From Bdellovibrionales bacterium (lineage in GTDB: Bacteria > Bdellovibrionota > Bdellovibrionia > Bdellovibrionales > UBA1609), in contig OZ241877.1 in assembly GCA_965203095.1 (NCBI GenBank), positions 736,001-800,000 of the forward strand: a stretch of 64,000 nucleotides of DNA, written 5' to 3'. Shown here piece after piece: positions 50,464-60,565 of this stretch. The first letter of the stretch is position 1; the number at the start of each line of letters is the position of its first letter. The notes below the pieces were generated by a model. The model made no database searches and was not told where the DNA came from. It saw only the letters and a list, made by a program, of their open reading frames with translations. A program made the position numbers and the translations under genes.

Positions 50464-51711
50464 ATGAAGTTTAAGGTATGCTTACCTTTTCAAAAATTCA
50501 GTTGGAAGCTGGTTGATTTTCGTGTTTTTTTATTTGTTTTTTTGCCTTTCCCGCAGGTTTTATTTGCTCAAAATATAAAAGGGCCGGTTTGGTTCAGGGC
50601 TTATCAAACTCCTGTTAAAGAATTTGATGTGCATATAAAAGCTTTGGCTGGGTCCCATATAAATTATGCTCAATATCTTCTTTCTCAAAAAAGGAAACAG
50701 GCTCAATCTTTCCGTTTGCAAGATAAACTGATTACGGCTCAAGAGCATTATCTTTCTGGAGAGGGGCCTCAGGCTATGGAGGTCTTTCAGCAAATCAGCC
50801 AACAGGCTCTTTCAGCCGATTGGGATGAAAAAAACAGACGAATCATTTTGTATTCTTTTTTGCGAATGGCCCAAAGTGAGGAAGATCTAGAAAAAAGAAA
50901 AGCCCTTTTGCTTTCTGTTAGTGCTTTTTCTACTTTCAAAATCAGTCCATCAAGTTATTCTGATTACAACTTATTTCCCCCACCATTGATGGAAGAGTTG
51001 GAGCAAATCCAGAAAAACACAAACACTTTACTTGTGAATTGGGAAAAGCTTTTCCCCCACCATGAAATCATTTTAATCAATGGCCGGCAGATCCAAAAAG
51101 GGCAGAAAGAGGTTTTGCCTCAAGCTTTTTACCGGATCAGTGCTTTTAGCTCAGCTTATCAGCCATGGACACAAAATTTAAATTTGTCGGATTTATCGAG
51201 CCAAACCATAAAAACCAAAAGTCTAACTAAAGGCCCTTGTGGAAAAGAGCAAATCCAGTTGGAAAAAGAAGATCTCTGCCCTTCCCGCGAAACCAGTCAT
51301 TCCCGCGAAAGCGGGAATCCAGAAACCTCTATTCTTCCCACAAAGCTTGCCAAAAATTCTCGCAGACTTTCTGGCTCCCGTGCAAACGGGAATCTATATA
51401 CTTGCGGAAAAGAAGAAGTGGATTTTCAAGTTTTGTCTCCTGTAAATTGTGCAAAGCCCGCGGTTCTATTTAACAAAAACCATCGGGAAGATCCCTCTTC
51501 TTCTATTAAAGCCGATTTGGCTTTGCAAAAAGGTTTGAGCACAGTCAGTTTAGAGGAGTTTTCTGAAGAGAAGAAAGAACAACCGAACACATTTTCTCAA
51601 TTTATGCCTTGGATAGCCTTGGGCACGGGGGTAATTGTGTTTTCTTTAGCTCTTTCCTTAAGCCATGGGAAGAAATCCCAATCCAACAAACAGGGTGATT
51701 ATGTCTATTGA
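50464..51711 (+). CDS. Hypothetical exported protein with C-terminal TM anchor
   Basis: 415-aa ORF; contains in-frame REP-derived peptides. Confidence 0.6.
   Translation: MKFKVCLPFQKFSWKLVDFRVFLFVFLPFPQVLFAQNIKGPVWFRAYQTPVKEFDVHIKALAGSHINYAQYLLSQKRKQAQSFRLQDKLITAQEHYLSGEGPQAMEVFQQISQQALSADWDEKNRRIILYSFLRMAQSEEDLEKRKALLLSVSAFSTFKISPSSYSDYNLFPPPLMEELEQIQKNTNTLLVNWEKLFPHHEIILINGRQIQKGQKEVLPQAFYRISAFSSAYQPWTQNLNLSDLSSQTIKTKSLTKGPCGKEQIQLEKEDLCPSRETSHSRESGNPETSILPTKLAKNSRRLSGSRANGNLYTCGKEEVDFQVLSPVNCAKPAVLFNKNHREDPSSSIKADLALQKGLSTVSLEEFSEEKKEQPNTFSQFMPWIALGTGVIVFSLALSLSHGKKSQSNKQGDYVY
51278..51394 (+). repeat. REP/RPE-like elements in frame in 50464-51711
   Basis: GCCCTTCCCGCGAAACCA plus consensus GTCATTCCCGCGAAAGCGGGAATCC (51278-51320) and CTCCCGTGCAAACGGGAATC (51375-51394). 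Confidence 0.85.
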
Positions 51712-51775
51712 GCCTAAAGGAATAAAAAACCGCATAAGGCTTTTTCAGAAAAGACGGAAGTAATTTTTATTTATT

Positions 51776-52939
51776 CTATTGTTTTAATTCTGTCCCTTGG
51801 TCAAGAATATCAATGTAATTTTTATAAATAAAAATTTTGTTGTTATGTTTACCTGTTAGTTCTTTTACTAAACCTATTTCCTCCAAAGCTCTTAAAGACC
51901 GTAAGACTGTTTGTAAAGAAGATTGTGAAGATTGCACAATCTTCTTAGTGTTGGATATAGGGTGCTTTTTCAAAGAGTTATATGTTTTTAAAACACCAGC
52001 CGTATCTTTATTCCGATTTTTAATTTGTTCCTCATCGTTTTTAAAGAGGGATACTATCTTTTGAGCTGTATAGAATGCCTGATGAGATGTATCATAAACA
52101 CCTGTTAAAAAAAATTCTATCCATGATTCCCAGTCTCCAGTTTTTCGGACATTTTGAAGTAAAGTATAATACTTTTCTCTGTGATGTTTGAAATACAAAC
52201 TCAAATAAAGTAAAGGTTCTTTTAAAAGATTATTTATACAAAGCATAAAGGTAATGAGTAGTCGCCCAAGTCTTCCGTTACCATCTAAAAAGGGATGGAT
52301 GGTTTCAAATTGCACATGAGCTACAGCTACTTTTATTAAGGTAGGAAGTAAAACCTTTTCATCATGTAAGAATTTTTCAAAATCTCCAAAACAAGTAGCA
52401 ATATGTTCCGGTGGCGGGGGAACAAATATTGCATTCCCTGGGCGAGTCCCTCCTATCCAATTTTGCGAAGTTCTAAATTCTCCTGGACATTTTTCCGTTC
52501 CGCGACCACTGGAAAGAAGTTCCTTGTGAATTTCACAAAGAAGTCTCCTTGATAAAGGAAGTTTTTTAATTCTCTTTAAGCCATAATTCATAGCAGAAAT
52601 ATAGTTGGCCACTTCTATATCATCATTATTTGTTTTATGGTTTCCTTCATTATTTTCAAACAGAAGAAAATCAGAAAGAGAAGATTGAGTCCCTTCTATT
52701 TGGGAAGATAAAATAGCTTCTTTTCTTGTAAACATCTGTAAAAATAACGAAGCATTTGGGAGGTTTGTTCTTATCCCGTTTAACTCTCCTAAAGAAACAT
52801 TGGCCTTGTCTAAGAGCTTGTAAAATTTTTCTGGTTGAATGGGCGGATTAGGAGGTAATGGTTGAGGAATATAGCACTGATAAGTTTCCCCACCTTCTGA
52901 TTTTTTAATAAGCCGGCCGATCCGTTGGTTTTTGTTCAT
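51776..52939 (-). CDS. Fic family protein (class II) with probable C-terminal HTH
   Basis: SSQIEG, HPFLDGNGRLGR; true start is likely ATG 52939 (the longer ORF reads into the tandem repeat). Confidence 0.92.
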   Translation of the reverse strand: MNKNQRIGRLIKKSEGGETYQCYIPQPLPPNPPIQPEKFYKLLDKANVSLGELNGIRTNLPNASLFLQMFTRKEAILSSQIEGTQSSLSDFLLFENNEGNHKTNNDDIEVANYISAMNYGLKRIKKLPLSRRLLCEIHKELLSSGRGTEKCPGEFRTSQNWIGGTRPGNAIFVPPPPEHIATCFGDFEKFLHDEKVLLPTLIKVAVAHVQFETIHPFLDGNGRLGRLLITFMLCINNLLKEPLLYLSLYFKHHREKYYTLLQNVRKTGDWESWIEFFLTGVYDTSHQAFYTAQKIVSLFKNDEEQIKNRNKDTAGVLKTYNSLKKHPISNTKKIVQSSQSSLQTVLRSLRALEEIGLVKELTGKHNNKIFIYKNYIDILDQGTELKQ

Positions 52940-52945
52940 AATCCC

Positions 52946-53414
52946 ATTACTTCCAAAAATACCTAATTTTGGAAGTTCTATAAAAATAACTGACAATTTT
53001 GGAAGTTGCAAGCCTAATACTTCCAAAAATACCTAATTTTGGAAGTTCTATAAAAATAACTGACAATTTTGGAAGTTGAAAGCCTAATACTTCCAAAAAT
53101 ATATAAATATGGAAGTTCTATAAAAATAACTGACAATTTTGGAAGTTAAAAGCCTAATACTTCCAAAAATATCTAATTTTGGAAGTTCTATAAAATAACT
53201 GACAATTTTGGAAGTTGCAAGCCTAATACTTCCAAAAATAGCCAATTGTGGAAGTTCTATAAAAATAACTGACAATTTTGGAAGTTGAAAGCCTAATACT
53301 TCCAAAAATATATAAATATGGAAGTTCTATAAAAATAACTGACAATTATGGAAGTTGCAAGCTCATTACTTCCAAAAATACCCAATTATGGAAGTTCTAA
53401 AAAAATAATGACAG
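52946..53414. repeat. Tandem array of about 6.5 copies of a 70-bp unit with internal palindrome ACTTCCAAAA-N8-TTTTGGAAGT
   Basis: ACTTCC starts at 52949, 53019, 53089, 53159, 53228, 53298, 53368. Confidence 0.95.
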
Positions 53415-53463
53415 TCAATAAAAATTTCAATAAAGTCAAAATAAAATAGAAAGGTGGTCCTTT

Positions 53464-53826
53464 ATGTTCCCCATTATCATACTCATTTTGTCAAGCCTTT
53501 TGCTCTGCCTTATTCTCCTTCTCATCCCTCGCCTTTTTGCCCCTAAAAGCCCAGCCTCTCCTTCTCACAGTGAAGATTATGAGTGTGGGATCGCCAGCCC
53601 GGTTAGAAAAAGTTCTAAAGCTCCTGTTCGGTTTTTCCTGACAGCTATCTTGTTCATTTTGTTTGATATAGAGATTGTTTTTTTGTATCCTTTCGCTCTG
53701 GCCTATAGGGATTTTTTACAAAGCGATCAAGGTCTTGCTGTTTTATTGGCTATGGGTCTTTTCCTTCTGCTTTTTATTTTTGGACTTTGGTGGGAGATCA
53801 AGACTAAAGCCTTGGATTGGAAGTGA
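53464..53826 (+). CDS. nuoA: NADH-quinone oxidoreductase subunit A
   Basis: YECG, FFLTAILFILFDIEIVFLYP, ALDW. Confidence 0.95.
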   Translation: MFPIIILILSSLLLCLILLLIPRLFAPKSPASPSHSEDYECGIASPVRKSSKAPVRFFLTAILFILFDIEIVFLYPFALAYRDFLQSDQGLAVLLAMGLFLLLFIFGLWWEIKTKALDWK

Positions 53827-53828
53827 AT

Positions 53829-54959
53829 ATGGGGCAAGATGGGTTTGAATTTTTTATCAATTTCATAAAAATCCATGTCATTTTATTTTCTTTGATTGGC
53901 CTTGTGCCTCTTTTGGTTTGGGCCGAGAGGCGAATCTCTGCTCTCATGCAAAATCGCTTAGGCCCTAACCGTTATGGGCCTTTGGGCTTGTCTCAAATTG
54001 TAGCTGATCTGATAAAACCTCTGATGAAGGAGGATTTTGCTAAAGGGAAAAGCCATAAGGGCCTTTATCTTATAGCTCCTCTTTTAGCAGTTGTTCCCCC
54101 AGTTGTGGTTTTTGGTGCTCTGCCTTTTTCCAGCCCTTTCACCTGGCCTGCTTTTGAGTTATGGGGTTGGGACTTAGGGCCTTACACTTTTCATTTTCAA
54201 GCTTTTCAGCTCAATACTGCTGTGGTTTTTGTATTGGGAGTTTCTTCATTGGCCTCTTACTCCATGCTTATTGCGGGTTGGAGTTCCGGGAGCAAGTATC
54301 CTCTTTTTGGAGCTTTGAGGGCCGCGGCACAAAATATTAGTTATGAACTGGCTTTAAGCCTCTCACTTGTGGGGGTTCTTCTTTTATTTAACTCCTTGGA
54401 TTTTTTAGAGATCATCAAGGCCCAAAGTGGCCCTTTGAGCTTTTCTTTTTTTGGAAAAAACCTGACTTACTCTTTTTTGCCCAACTGGGGGATTTTTTAT
54501 CAACCTTTAGGTGCTTTGATATTTTTTTCAGCTCTTCTTGCAGAATGCAATCGGATCCCTTTTGATCTTCCCGAAGCCGAGGCGGAGTTGGTGGCCGGCT
54601 ATCATACGGAATACGGCGGGATAAAACTAATTTTATTTTACATTGGGGAGTATGCTCATCTAATGGTCTCTTCCGCCCTTATGGTGATCTTTTATTTTGG
54701 GGGCTATAATCTTCCTTGGGGTTCGGAAGAAAGCTTGTTGAATTTTTTAGGCAGTGAATTTATGTTGTCTTTGTTTTTGTTTTTTGTTTTTATTCTTAAG
54801 TTTTTCTTTTTTATCTTTGTTTTTATGTGGATTAGGTGGTCTTTACCTCGTTTTCGCTACGATCAGCTGATGGATTTAGGCTGGAAAAAGCTTTTGCCCT
54901 GGGCTTTATTTAACACTGTTCTAACTGCTGTTTTGATTTTCTTTTCTCAAGCAGGATAG
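53829..54959 (+). CDS. nuoH: NADH-quinone oxidoreductase subunit H
   Basis: ERR..QNRLGPN, AQNISYE, NRIPFDLPEAEAELVAGYHTEY, PRFRYDQLM. Confidence 0.97.
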   Translation: MGQDGFEFFINFIKIHVILFSLIGLVPLLVWAERRISALMQNRLGPNRYGPLGLSQIVADLIKPLMKEDFAKGKSHKGLYLIAPLLAVVPPVVVFGALPFSSPFTWPAFELWGWDLGPYTFHFQAFQLNTAVVFVLGVSSLASYSMLIAGWSSGSKYPLFGALRAAAQNISYELALSLSLVGVLLLFNSLDFLEIIKAQSGPLSFSFFGKNLTYSFLPNWGIFYQPLGALIFFSALLAECNRIPFDLPEAEAELVAGYHTEYGGIKLILFYIGEYAHLMVSSALMVIFYFGGYNLPWGSEESLLNFLGSEFMLSLFLFFVFILKFFFFIFVFMWIRWSLPRFRYDQLMDLGWKKLLPWALFNTVLTAVLIFFSQAG

Positions 54960-54970
54960 GGAGTTTTGTA

Positions 54971-55453
54971 ATGGATCAAATTCTCTTTTATGTATTTTCA
55001 GCCCTTTTGCTATGGACGGCATTTAAAACTATCTCTCATCCTCATCCCGCTTATTCTGCTCTCTATTTGGCTGTGAGCATGATTTTATTGGCCGGAGTGT
55101 TTTTCCTTATGGGTGCTCCTTTTTTAGCAGGTCTTCAACTGATCATATATGCCGGAGCGGTAATTGTTTTATTTGTAATGGTCCTTATGCTTTTTGATTT
55201 TAAACCTCTTAAGCTTTCTAAAAAAAGTTTGTGGATCGGGCCAGCTTTTTTGTTTGGCATGCTTTCTGGAGTGATTGGCCTTATGGCCTTCTCCAGTCTT
55301 CCTGTAGATAAAGGGAGTGAGGCTTTTTTCTCCGGTTCTGCTATCGCCGGAAAGCTTTTTTCTAAATATGTTTTGATTTTTGAAATTATTGGGCTTTTTC
55401 TTCTTGTTATTGCCATTGGTGCTGTGGCTTTGATTCGTTTAGATGAGGATTAA
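54971..55453 (+). CDS. nuoJ: NADH-quinone oxidoreductase subunit J
   Basis: QLIIYAGAVIVLFVMVLM. Confidence 0.93.
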   Translation: MDQILFYVFSALLLWTAFKTISHPHPAYSALYLAVSMILLAGVFFLMGAPFLAGLQLIIYAGAVIVLFVMVLMLFDFKPLKLSKKSLWIGPAFLFGMLSGVIGLMAFSSLPVDKGSEAFFSGSAIAGKLFSKYVLIFEIIGLFLLVIAIGAVALIRLDED

Positions 55454-55455
55454 AA

Positions 55456-55779
55456 ATGCTGTTTGATCCCTTGTCCTCTTTGCAGCCCTTTTCCCCTATA
55501 TTTTTAGCCGGAGCTTTGTTTTTTATTGGCTTGACCGGTGTTTTAACAAGAAGAAATATTTTGGTTATTTTAATGAGTTTAGAATTGATGCTCAATGCGG
55601 TGAATCTCAATTTATTGGCTTTTTCTAAAATTTATGGATTGGAGTCTGCCCCCGCTTTGATTTTTTTTATTATCTGTGTTGCTGGGGCGGAAGCAGGGGT
55701 GGGTTTAGCCCTTGCTGTTCGTGTTTATAAAAAATTTAAGAGCATTGATGTCTCTTCCTTAAGGCTTTTAAAGGATTAA
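55456..55779 (+). CDS. nuoK: NADH-quinone oxidoreductase subunit K
   Basis: RRNI..LMSLELMLNA, AGAEAGVGLAL. Confidence 0.95.
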   Translation: MLFDPLSSLQPFSPIFLAGALFFIGLTGVLTRRNILVILMSLELMLNAVNLNLLAFSKIYGLESAPALIFFIICVAGAEAGVGLALAVRVYKKFKSIDVSSLRLLKD

Positions 55780-55780
55780 C

Positions 55781-57631
55781 ATGATTTTGCCAGTTCTTTT
55801 ATTCCCTTTACTGGGTTTTGTGCTCAACCTCTGCCTTTGGAAGAGCGCTAATAAAAAGCTTTCCGGAGCCATCGGAGCGGGCACTGTGGGACTGGTTTTT
55901 TTATTTGTTGTGGGGCAAATTTTACAGAAAGGTTTTGAAAGCCAAACTTTCTCCTTAGGCTCTTGGTTAAAAGTGGGAGATATGGCCTTAAACTTTTCCT
56001 TTATAATAGACCCTTTAAGCTTGTTGATGTGTCTCCTTATTACAGGAGTGGCTTTTCTCATTCATATTTACAGCTTGGGCTATATGCAAAAAGATCCTGC
56101 CTTTGCCCGTTATTTTGCTTACCTTAATCTTTTTGTTTTTTTTCAGCTCATTTTGGTTTTGGCGGGCAATCTCCCTCTTTTATTTGTGGGTTGGGAGGGG
56201 GTGGGCCTTTGTTCGTATCTTCTGATCGGTTTTTGGATCCAGGAAGAAAAAAAGGTGCAAGCGGGAATGTTGGCTTTTGTGGTGAACCGTATAGCAGACG
56301 CTTGTTTTTTGTTGGGGATTTTTTGCCTGTTTTCTCAGTTAGGCACAGTGGAGTTTTTCGAAATTCAACAGAAGGAAGACATTCCCTTATCCGTTTTAGG
56401 GCCTTTTTTGTTATTCTTAGGGGCAATAGGGAAGTCCGCTCAAATCCCTTTTTATTTTTGGTTGCCTCGGGCTATGGCAGGGCCCACTCCGGTATCGGCT
56501 CTCATTCACGCGGCCACTATGGTGACTGCCGGAGTTTATCTTTTAGTTCGAATGTCCGGCCTTTACAGCCTCTTTCCCAACCTGTTGCATATCATAGCTT
56601 GGCTGGGGGCTTTTACTGCCTTAGGATCTGCCCTTATTGCTACAAGGAAGTGGGATTTAAAAGCGGTTTTGGCTTACTCCACAATTTCCCAACTGGCTTA
56701 TTTGTTTATAGCTATAGGGGTTAAGGCTTTTTCTGCCAGCATCTTTCATCTGCTCACCCATGGCTTTTTTAAGGCTCTGCTTTTTTTGTGTGCCGGCTCA
56801 GTTATTCATGCATTAAAAGGTGAGCAGGACATTCGCTTTATGGGAAAACTCAAAAAAACTATGCCCATCACTTTTGTTTGTTATTTGATGGGGGCTTTGG
56901 CTTTAATAGCTATGCCTCCCTTTTCTGGTTTTTTCAGTAAGGATGAAATTTTATGGTCGCTTTTTTCCAGCGGGAATTACAGTTTGTTTTTTATGGCTTT
57001 TTTGACAGGCCTGATCACAGTTTTTTATATGACCCGGCTGACTGTTCTTGTGTTTTTCGGATATAATCGATCATTAGTTGTTCCTCACGAAAGTGGAGCG
57101 TTGATGAAATTCCCTATGATAGCATTGGCTATTTTGTCTGTATTTGGTGGGGCTATGGGGATCCCTCACCTGTTATCAGAATGGCTCCCTGGCCATCCTC
57201 CTCATATTTTGCATGAGCTGTTAAAAAACTTTTCTTCTTTAGATTTTACTGGTTCAAAATGGCTTGAAGCTCTGTTAATGTTTTTATCCACCACTACCGG
57301 GCTGACAGTTATGGTTGCTGTTGCGATGTTTTACTTGCAAAAGGCTAAGGGAAAGCCGGCCAATTATTTTTGGATGAGGTGGCTTGAAGAGGGCTTTTAT
57401 GTTGATCATGGGATTCAAAAATACGCTTTGCCATTTTTTAAACAAGGAGCTTTTCAAATATATAAACGGTTGGAAAAAGGAGGATTCCATCAAGGAGTTT
57501 TCTTTTTGACAAATCAAATTTTGCTTGTGAGAAATGTTCTCTCCCGCTTGCAGAGTGGGAACCTACAGTCTTACGCATTTTATTTCACAATGGGTTTAAC
57601 TGTTTTAATGTTTCTTATTTTTTTAAGGTGA
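55781..57631 (+). CDS. nuoL: NADH-quinone oxidoreductase subunit L
   Basis: GWEGVGLCSYLLIGFW, KSAQIP..WLP.AMAGPTPVSALIHAATMVTAG. Confidence 0.97.
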   Translation: MILPVLLFPLLGFVLNLCLWKSANKKLSGAIGAGTVGLVFLFVVGQILQKGFESQTFSLGSWLKVGDMALNFSFIIDPLSLLMCLLITGVAFLIHIYSLGYMQKDPAFARYFAYLNLFVFFQLILVLAGNLPLLFVGWEGVGLCSYLLIGFWIQEEKKVQAGMLAFVVNRIADACFLLGIFCLFSQLGTVEFFEIQQKEDIPLSVLGPFLLFLGAIGKSAQIPFYFWLPRAMAGPTPVSALIHAATMVTAGVYLLVRMSGLYSLFPNLLHIIAWLGAFTALGSALIATRKWDLKAVLAYSTISQLAYLFIAIGVKAFSASIFHLLTHGFFKALLFLCAGSVIHALKGEQDIRFMGKLKKTMPITFVCYLMGALALIAMPPFSGFFSKDEILWSLFSSGNYSLFFMAFLTGLITVFYMTRLTVLVFFGYNRSLVVPHESGALMKFPMIALAILSVFGGAMGIPHLLSEWLPGHPPHILHELLKNFSSLDFTGSKWLEALLMFLSTTTGLTVMVAVAMFYLQKAKGKPANYFWMRWLEEGFYVDHGIQKYALPFFKQGAFQIYKRLEKGGFHQGVFFLTNQILLVRNVLSRLQSGNLQSYAFYFTMGLTVLMFLIFLR

Positions 57632-57632
57632 G

Positions 57633-59141
57633 GTGCTTGTGCTGAGTTTAATTGTTTTTTTTCCTTTTCTTTTCGGCTTGCTTTTGTTTTTCTTCCCCGT
57701 CCGGTCTCTTGCCTTTACAGCTTTAACAGGATCACTTCTGCAATTTTTTTTAGCTATTAGTTTGTTTTTTCTTTTTGATCCCTCTTCGCATGGTCTTCAG
57801 TTAGCAGAAAGCTTTGACCTGGTCCCCTTCTTTGGTGTCCAATACTTTTTAGCAATAGACGGCCTGTCTTTTTGGTATATTTTGCTGTCCGGGCTTTTAT
57901 TGCCTCTATCGGTTTTGTTTTCTTTTCAGGTTAAAAGCCCTCTTTATTTTTTCCTCTTATTCAGTTTAGCCACTCTCAGCAATGGGGTGTTTTTAAGTTT
58001 TGACGGCATTTTATTTTACATTTTTTTTGAATTGGCCCTTATCCCTCTGTTTTTTTTGATTTTCCTTTGGGGAGGCAAAAATCGGGTTTATGCCAGCTTT
58101 AAATTTTTGATTTACACTTTTTTTGCTTCTTTGTTTTTATTGGGGGGGCTGATTACTATTATGCTGATGAATAAAAGTGCAACAGGAGAAATATCCTCCA
58201 ACCTGCTGGATTTTTATTTGTTGGATTTTGTTTTTATCCAAGACAATCCCTTAAGTGCACAAGCTCTGCTGTTTTTTTGTTTTGCCTTGGCCTTTGCGGT
58301 TAAAACCCCTTTAGCTCCTTTTCATACTTGGCTCCCTTTAGCTCATGTTGAGGCCCCCACTTCCGCATCGGTTTTTTTAGCTGGCCTCACCTTAAAGATG
58401 GGGACTTATGGTTGGTTCCGGTGGGTTTTGCCACTGTTTCCGGAGGCAGTGTCTTACTACTCTCCTTTACTTTTGGCTTTGGCGGTTTTTTCTCTTATTT
58501 ATTCTTCTATCTTGGCTTTTGCTCAAACTGACATCAAAAACACAATCGCTTACTCCTCTATAGCTCACATGGCTTATGTTTTAATAGGGGTTTTTGCCTT
58601 TAACATTTATGGCCTTTACGGTGCTTTTTACCAAACTCTCACCCATGGGCTTTCCTCCGCCGGCTTGTTTTTTATGGCGGGGCTTATTCACAAAAAAGCC
58701 GGCACCCGGGAGATGGGGGATTTGGGCGGGCTTTCTAAAAACATGCCGATTTTGGCTTTTATTTTTTTCCTTATCAGTTTGTCGGCCATAGCTTTTCCTT
58801 TAACTGGGGGTTTTGTGTCTGAGTTTTTGGTTCTTTTAGGTTCTTATCTTTCAGGGGAGCTTTGGGTGTGGCCGGCGGTGTCCGGTGTGGTTTTGAGTGC
58901 GGTTTACATGCTCAATATGTTTCAAAAAATATTTTTATTTAAATCAAAGCCAACTAAAAAAATAAAAGATCTTCAGCTCAGGGAGTTTTTGTGTTTAAGC
59001 CCTTTGGCTTTTCTTTTAATTTTTATGGGGCTTTTCCCTAATTTCTTTTTCAATTATTCTAAAGCCTCTTTAAAGCATTTGAGCAAAAATCAATTCAATT
59101 ACTCTTTAACTCTCCATAAAGAACCATCGGAAAAGCCATGA
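57633..59141 (+). CDS. nuoM: NADH-quinone oxidoreductase subunit M
   Basis: AVKTP..PFHTWLP.AHVEAPT, LKMGTYG, AYSSIAHM. Confidence 0.96.
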   Translation: MLVLSLIVFFPFLFGLLLFFFPVRSLAFTALTGSLLQFFLAISLFFLFDPSSHGLQLAESFDLVPFFGVQYFLAIDGLSFWYILLSGLLLPLSVLFSFQVKSPLYFFLLFSLATLSNGVFLSFDGILFYIFFELALIPLFFLIFLWGGKNRVYASFKFLIYTFFASLFLLGGLITIMLMNKSATGEISSNLLDFYLLDFVFIQDNPLSAQALLFFCFALAFAVKTPLAPFHTWLPLAHVEAPTSASVFLAGLTLKMGTYGWFRWVLPLFPEAVSYYSPLLLALAVFSLIYSSILAFAQTDIKNTIAYSSIAHMAYVLIGVFAFNIYGLYGAFYQTLTHGLSSAGLFFMAGLIHKKAGTREMGDLGGLSKNMPILAFIFFLISLSAIAFPLTGGFVSEFLVLLGSYLSGELWVWPAVSGVVLSAVYMLNMFQKIFLFKSKPTKKIKDLQLREFLCLSPLAFLLIFMGLFPNFFFNYSKASLKHLSKNQFNYSLTLHKEPSEKP

Positions 59142-60565
59142 CCCAGCTATTAAAAGATCTGATTCAACTCTCTCCAATTTGGTCTCTTTCTTTAATGGCC
59201 TTTATCCCTTTGTCGGCTAAGGTTTTAAACAACAATAAGGAACTAAAAGCAGGTTCTGTTTCCGGGATTTATGGCTTGGCTATTTTTAGCTCATTATTTT
59301 TGTTTGTTTTTCTTGGTTTTAATGATCAAGAGATCCTGGGCCTTCGTTTTGATAACTATTCCAGTGGGGCTTGTGCTTTGTCTGGCTTTTCCGCCCTGAT
59401 CAGCTTGGGCTTGTTTCATCTTAACCCTTGGGTGGATGAGAGGCAGAGAACAGAGATTTTATTTTTCCTCAGCCAGGGCCTCACAGGGCTTTATGTTTTT
59501 TGTTTAGCTCAAGATCTGATGACAGCCTTTATTGGTTTGGAGTTAGCTTCTCTGAGCTTATATATCAATTTGGCTATGAGCCGGAAAGATCGCTTGTGTT
59601 TAGAGGCGAGCATAAAATATTTTGTTTTGAGTGCATTGGCTGGGGTGGTTTTCCTCTATGGCTTATCTTTTTTATTTGGCTCAGCGGGAACTTTAGATTT
59701 GAAATCCATTTTTCAAACAGAAAACCAAGCCCTTTTTTACAACCGCTTTTTCTTTTTAGGCTGGATTTTGATTTTTACAGGCTTGTTTTTTAAAACTGCT
59801 CTGTTCCCTTTCCATTTCTGGTTGGCTGATGTTTACCAAGGGGCTTTAACTTATATGACTGCTTTTATGGCGATGGCGGTTAAAAGTGCTCTGATTCTTT
59901 TTTTAGGAAAAATTTTTGCTTTTTCTTTTTTTGAAAAGAGCGGGCATGGCTCTGTTTTTCTCTCAGGGCTGGCCTGGGCCAGTGTTTTGACTGTGATGTT
60001 TGGCAATGTAATGGCTTTAAAGCAGAAGCAAATCAAACGGATAGTGGCTTTCTCCAGCTTAGCTCATTCCGGCTATTTGATGATGGCTCTGTTTGGGATT
60101 TTGAGCTTGAGTGGCAGTTCTAAAGACTTCTCCGCTCTTTTTTATTATCTTTTGGCTTATATTTCTCTTACAGGAGGGCTTTTGCTTGGGGTTCAATCTT
60201 TAGAAAAACAAAATTCTCAACCTCAACTCAAGGATTTGCAGTCCCTATTCCACAGCAACCCTCTTTTTGCTTTAGCTTTGAGTGTATTTCTCTTGGGACT
60301 TGCGGGAATGCCCCCCACTTTTGGCTTTTTTGCGAAAATTGGGATTTTTCAACCTTTGATTTTAAGTGCTAACTGGTGGGTTTTGCTTTGGGCTTTTGTA
60401 GGCTCAGCAATAGGTCTTTTTTACTATATAAAGCCTATCAGCCTGATGGCCATCCCCTCAAGTCGCTCACCAGTGGAATGGCCCCGGCTCGCACAAGCTT
60501 TGACATTGATTTTAGCCCTGATCGGCTTGTTAGGGGCTTTCTTTTTTGGAGTTCTTTTTTACTGA
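59138..60565 (+). CDS. nuoN: NADH-quinone oxidoreductase subunit N
   Basis: EASIKYF, PFHFWLADVYQGA, KRIVAFSSLAHSGY, LAGMPPTFGFFAK. Confidence 0.95.
   Translation: MTQLLKDLIQLSPIWSLSLMAFIPLSAKVLNNNKELKAGSVSGIYGLAIFSSLFLFVFLGFNDQEILGLRFDNYSSGACALSGFSALISLGLFHLNPWVDERQRTEILFFLSQGLTGLYVFCLAQDLMTAFIGLELASLSLYINLAMSRKDRLCLEASIKYFVLSALAGVVFLYGLSFLFGSAGTLDLKSIFQTENQALFYNRFFFLGWILIFTGLFFKTALFPFHFWLADVYQGALTYMTAFMAMAVKSALILFLGKIFAFSFFEKSGHGSVFLSGLAWASVLTVMFGNVMALKQKQIKRIVAFSSLAHSGYLMMALFGILSLSGSSKDFSALFYYLLAYISLTGGLLLGVQSLEKQNSQPQLKDLQSLFHSNPLFALALSVFLLGLAGMPPTFGFFAKIGIFQPLILSANWWVLLWAFVGSAIGLFYYIKPISLMAIPSSRSPVEWPRLAQALTLILALIGLLGAFFFGVLFY

Noticed and set aside
53084..53305. 73-aa ORF and the N-terminal extension of Fic to 53026
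   Set aside because: Both are translations of the tandem repeat (LPKL..IF periodicity).
52946..53414. 70-bp array as a second CRISPR array
   Set aside because: Units are near-identical over their whole length, with no unique spacers and no similarity to the type V repeat.
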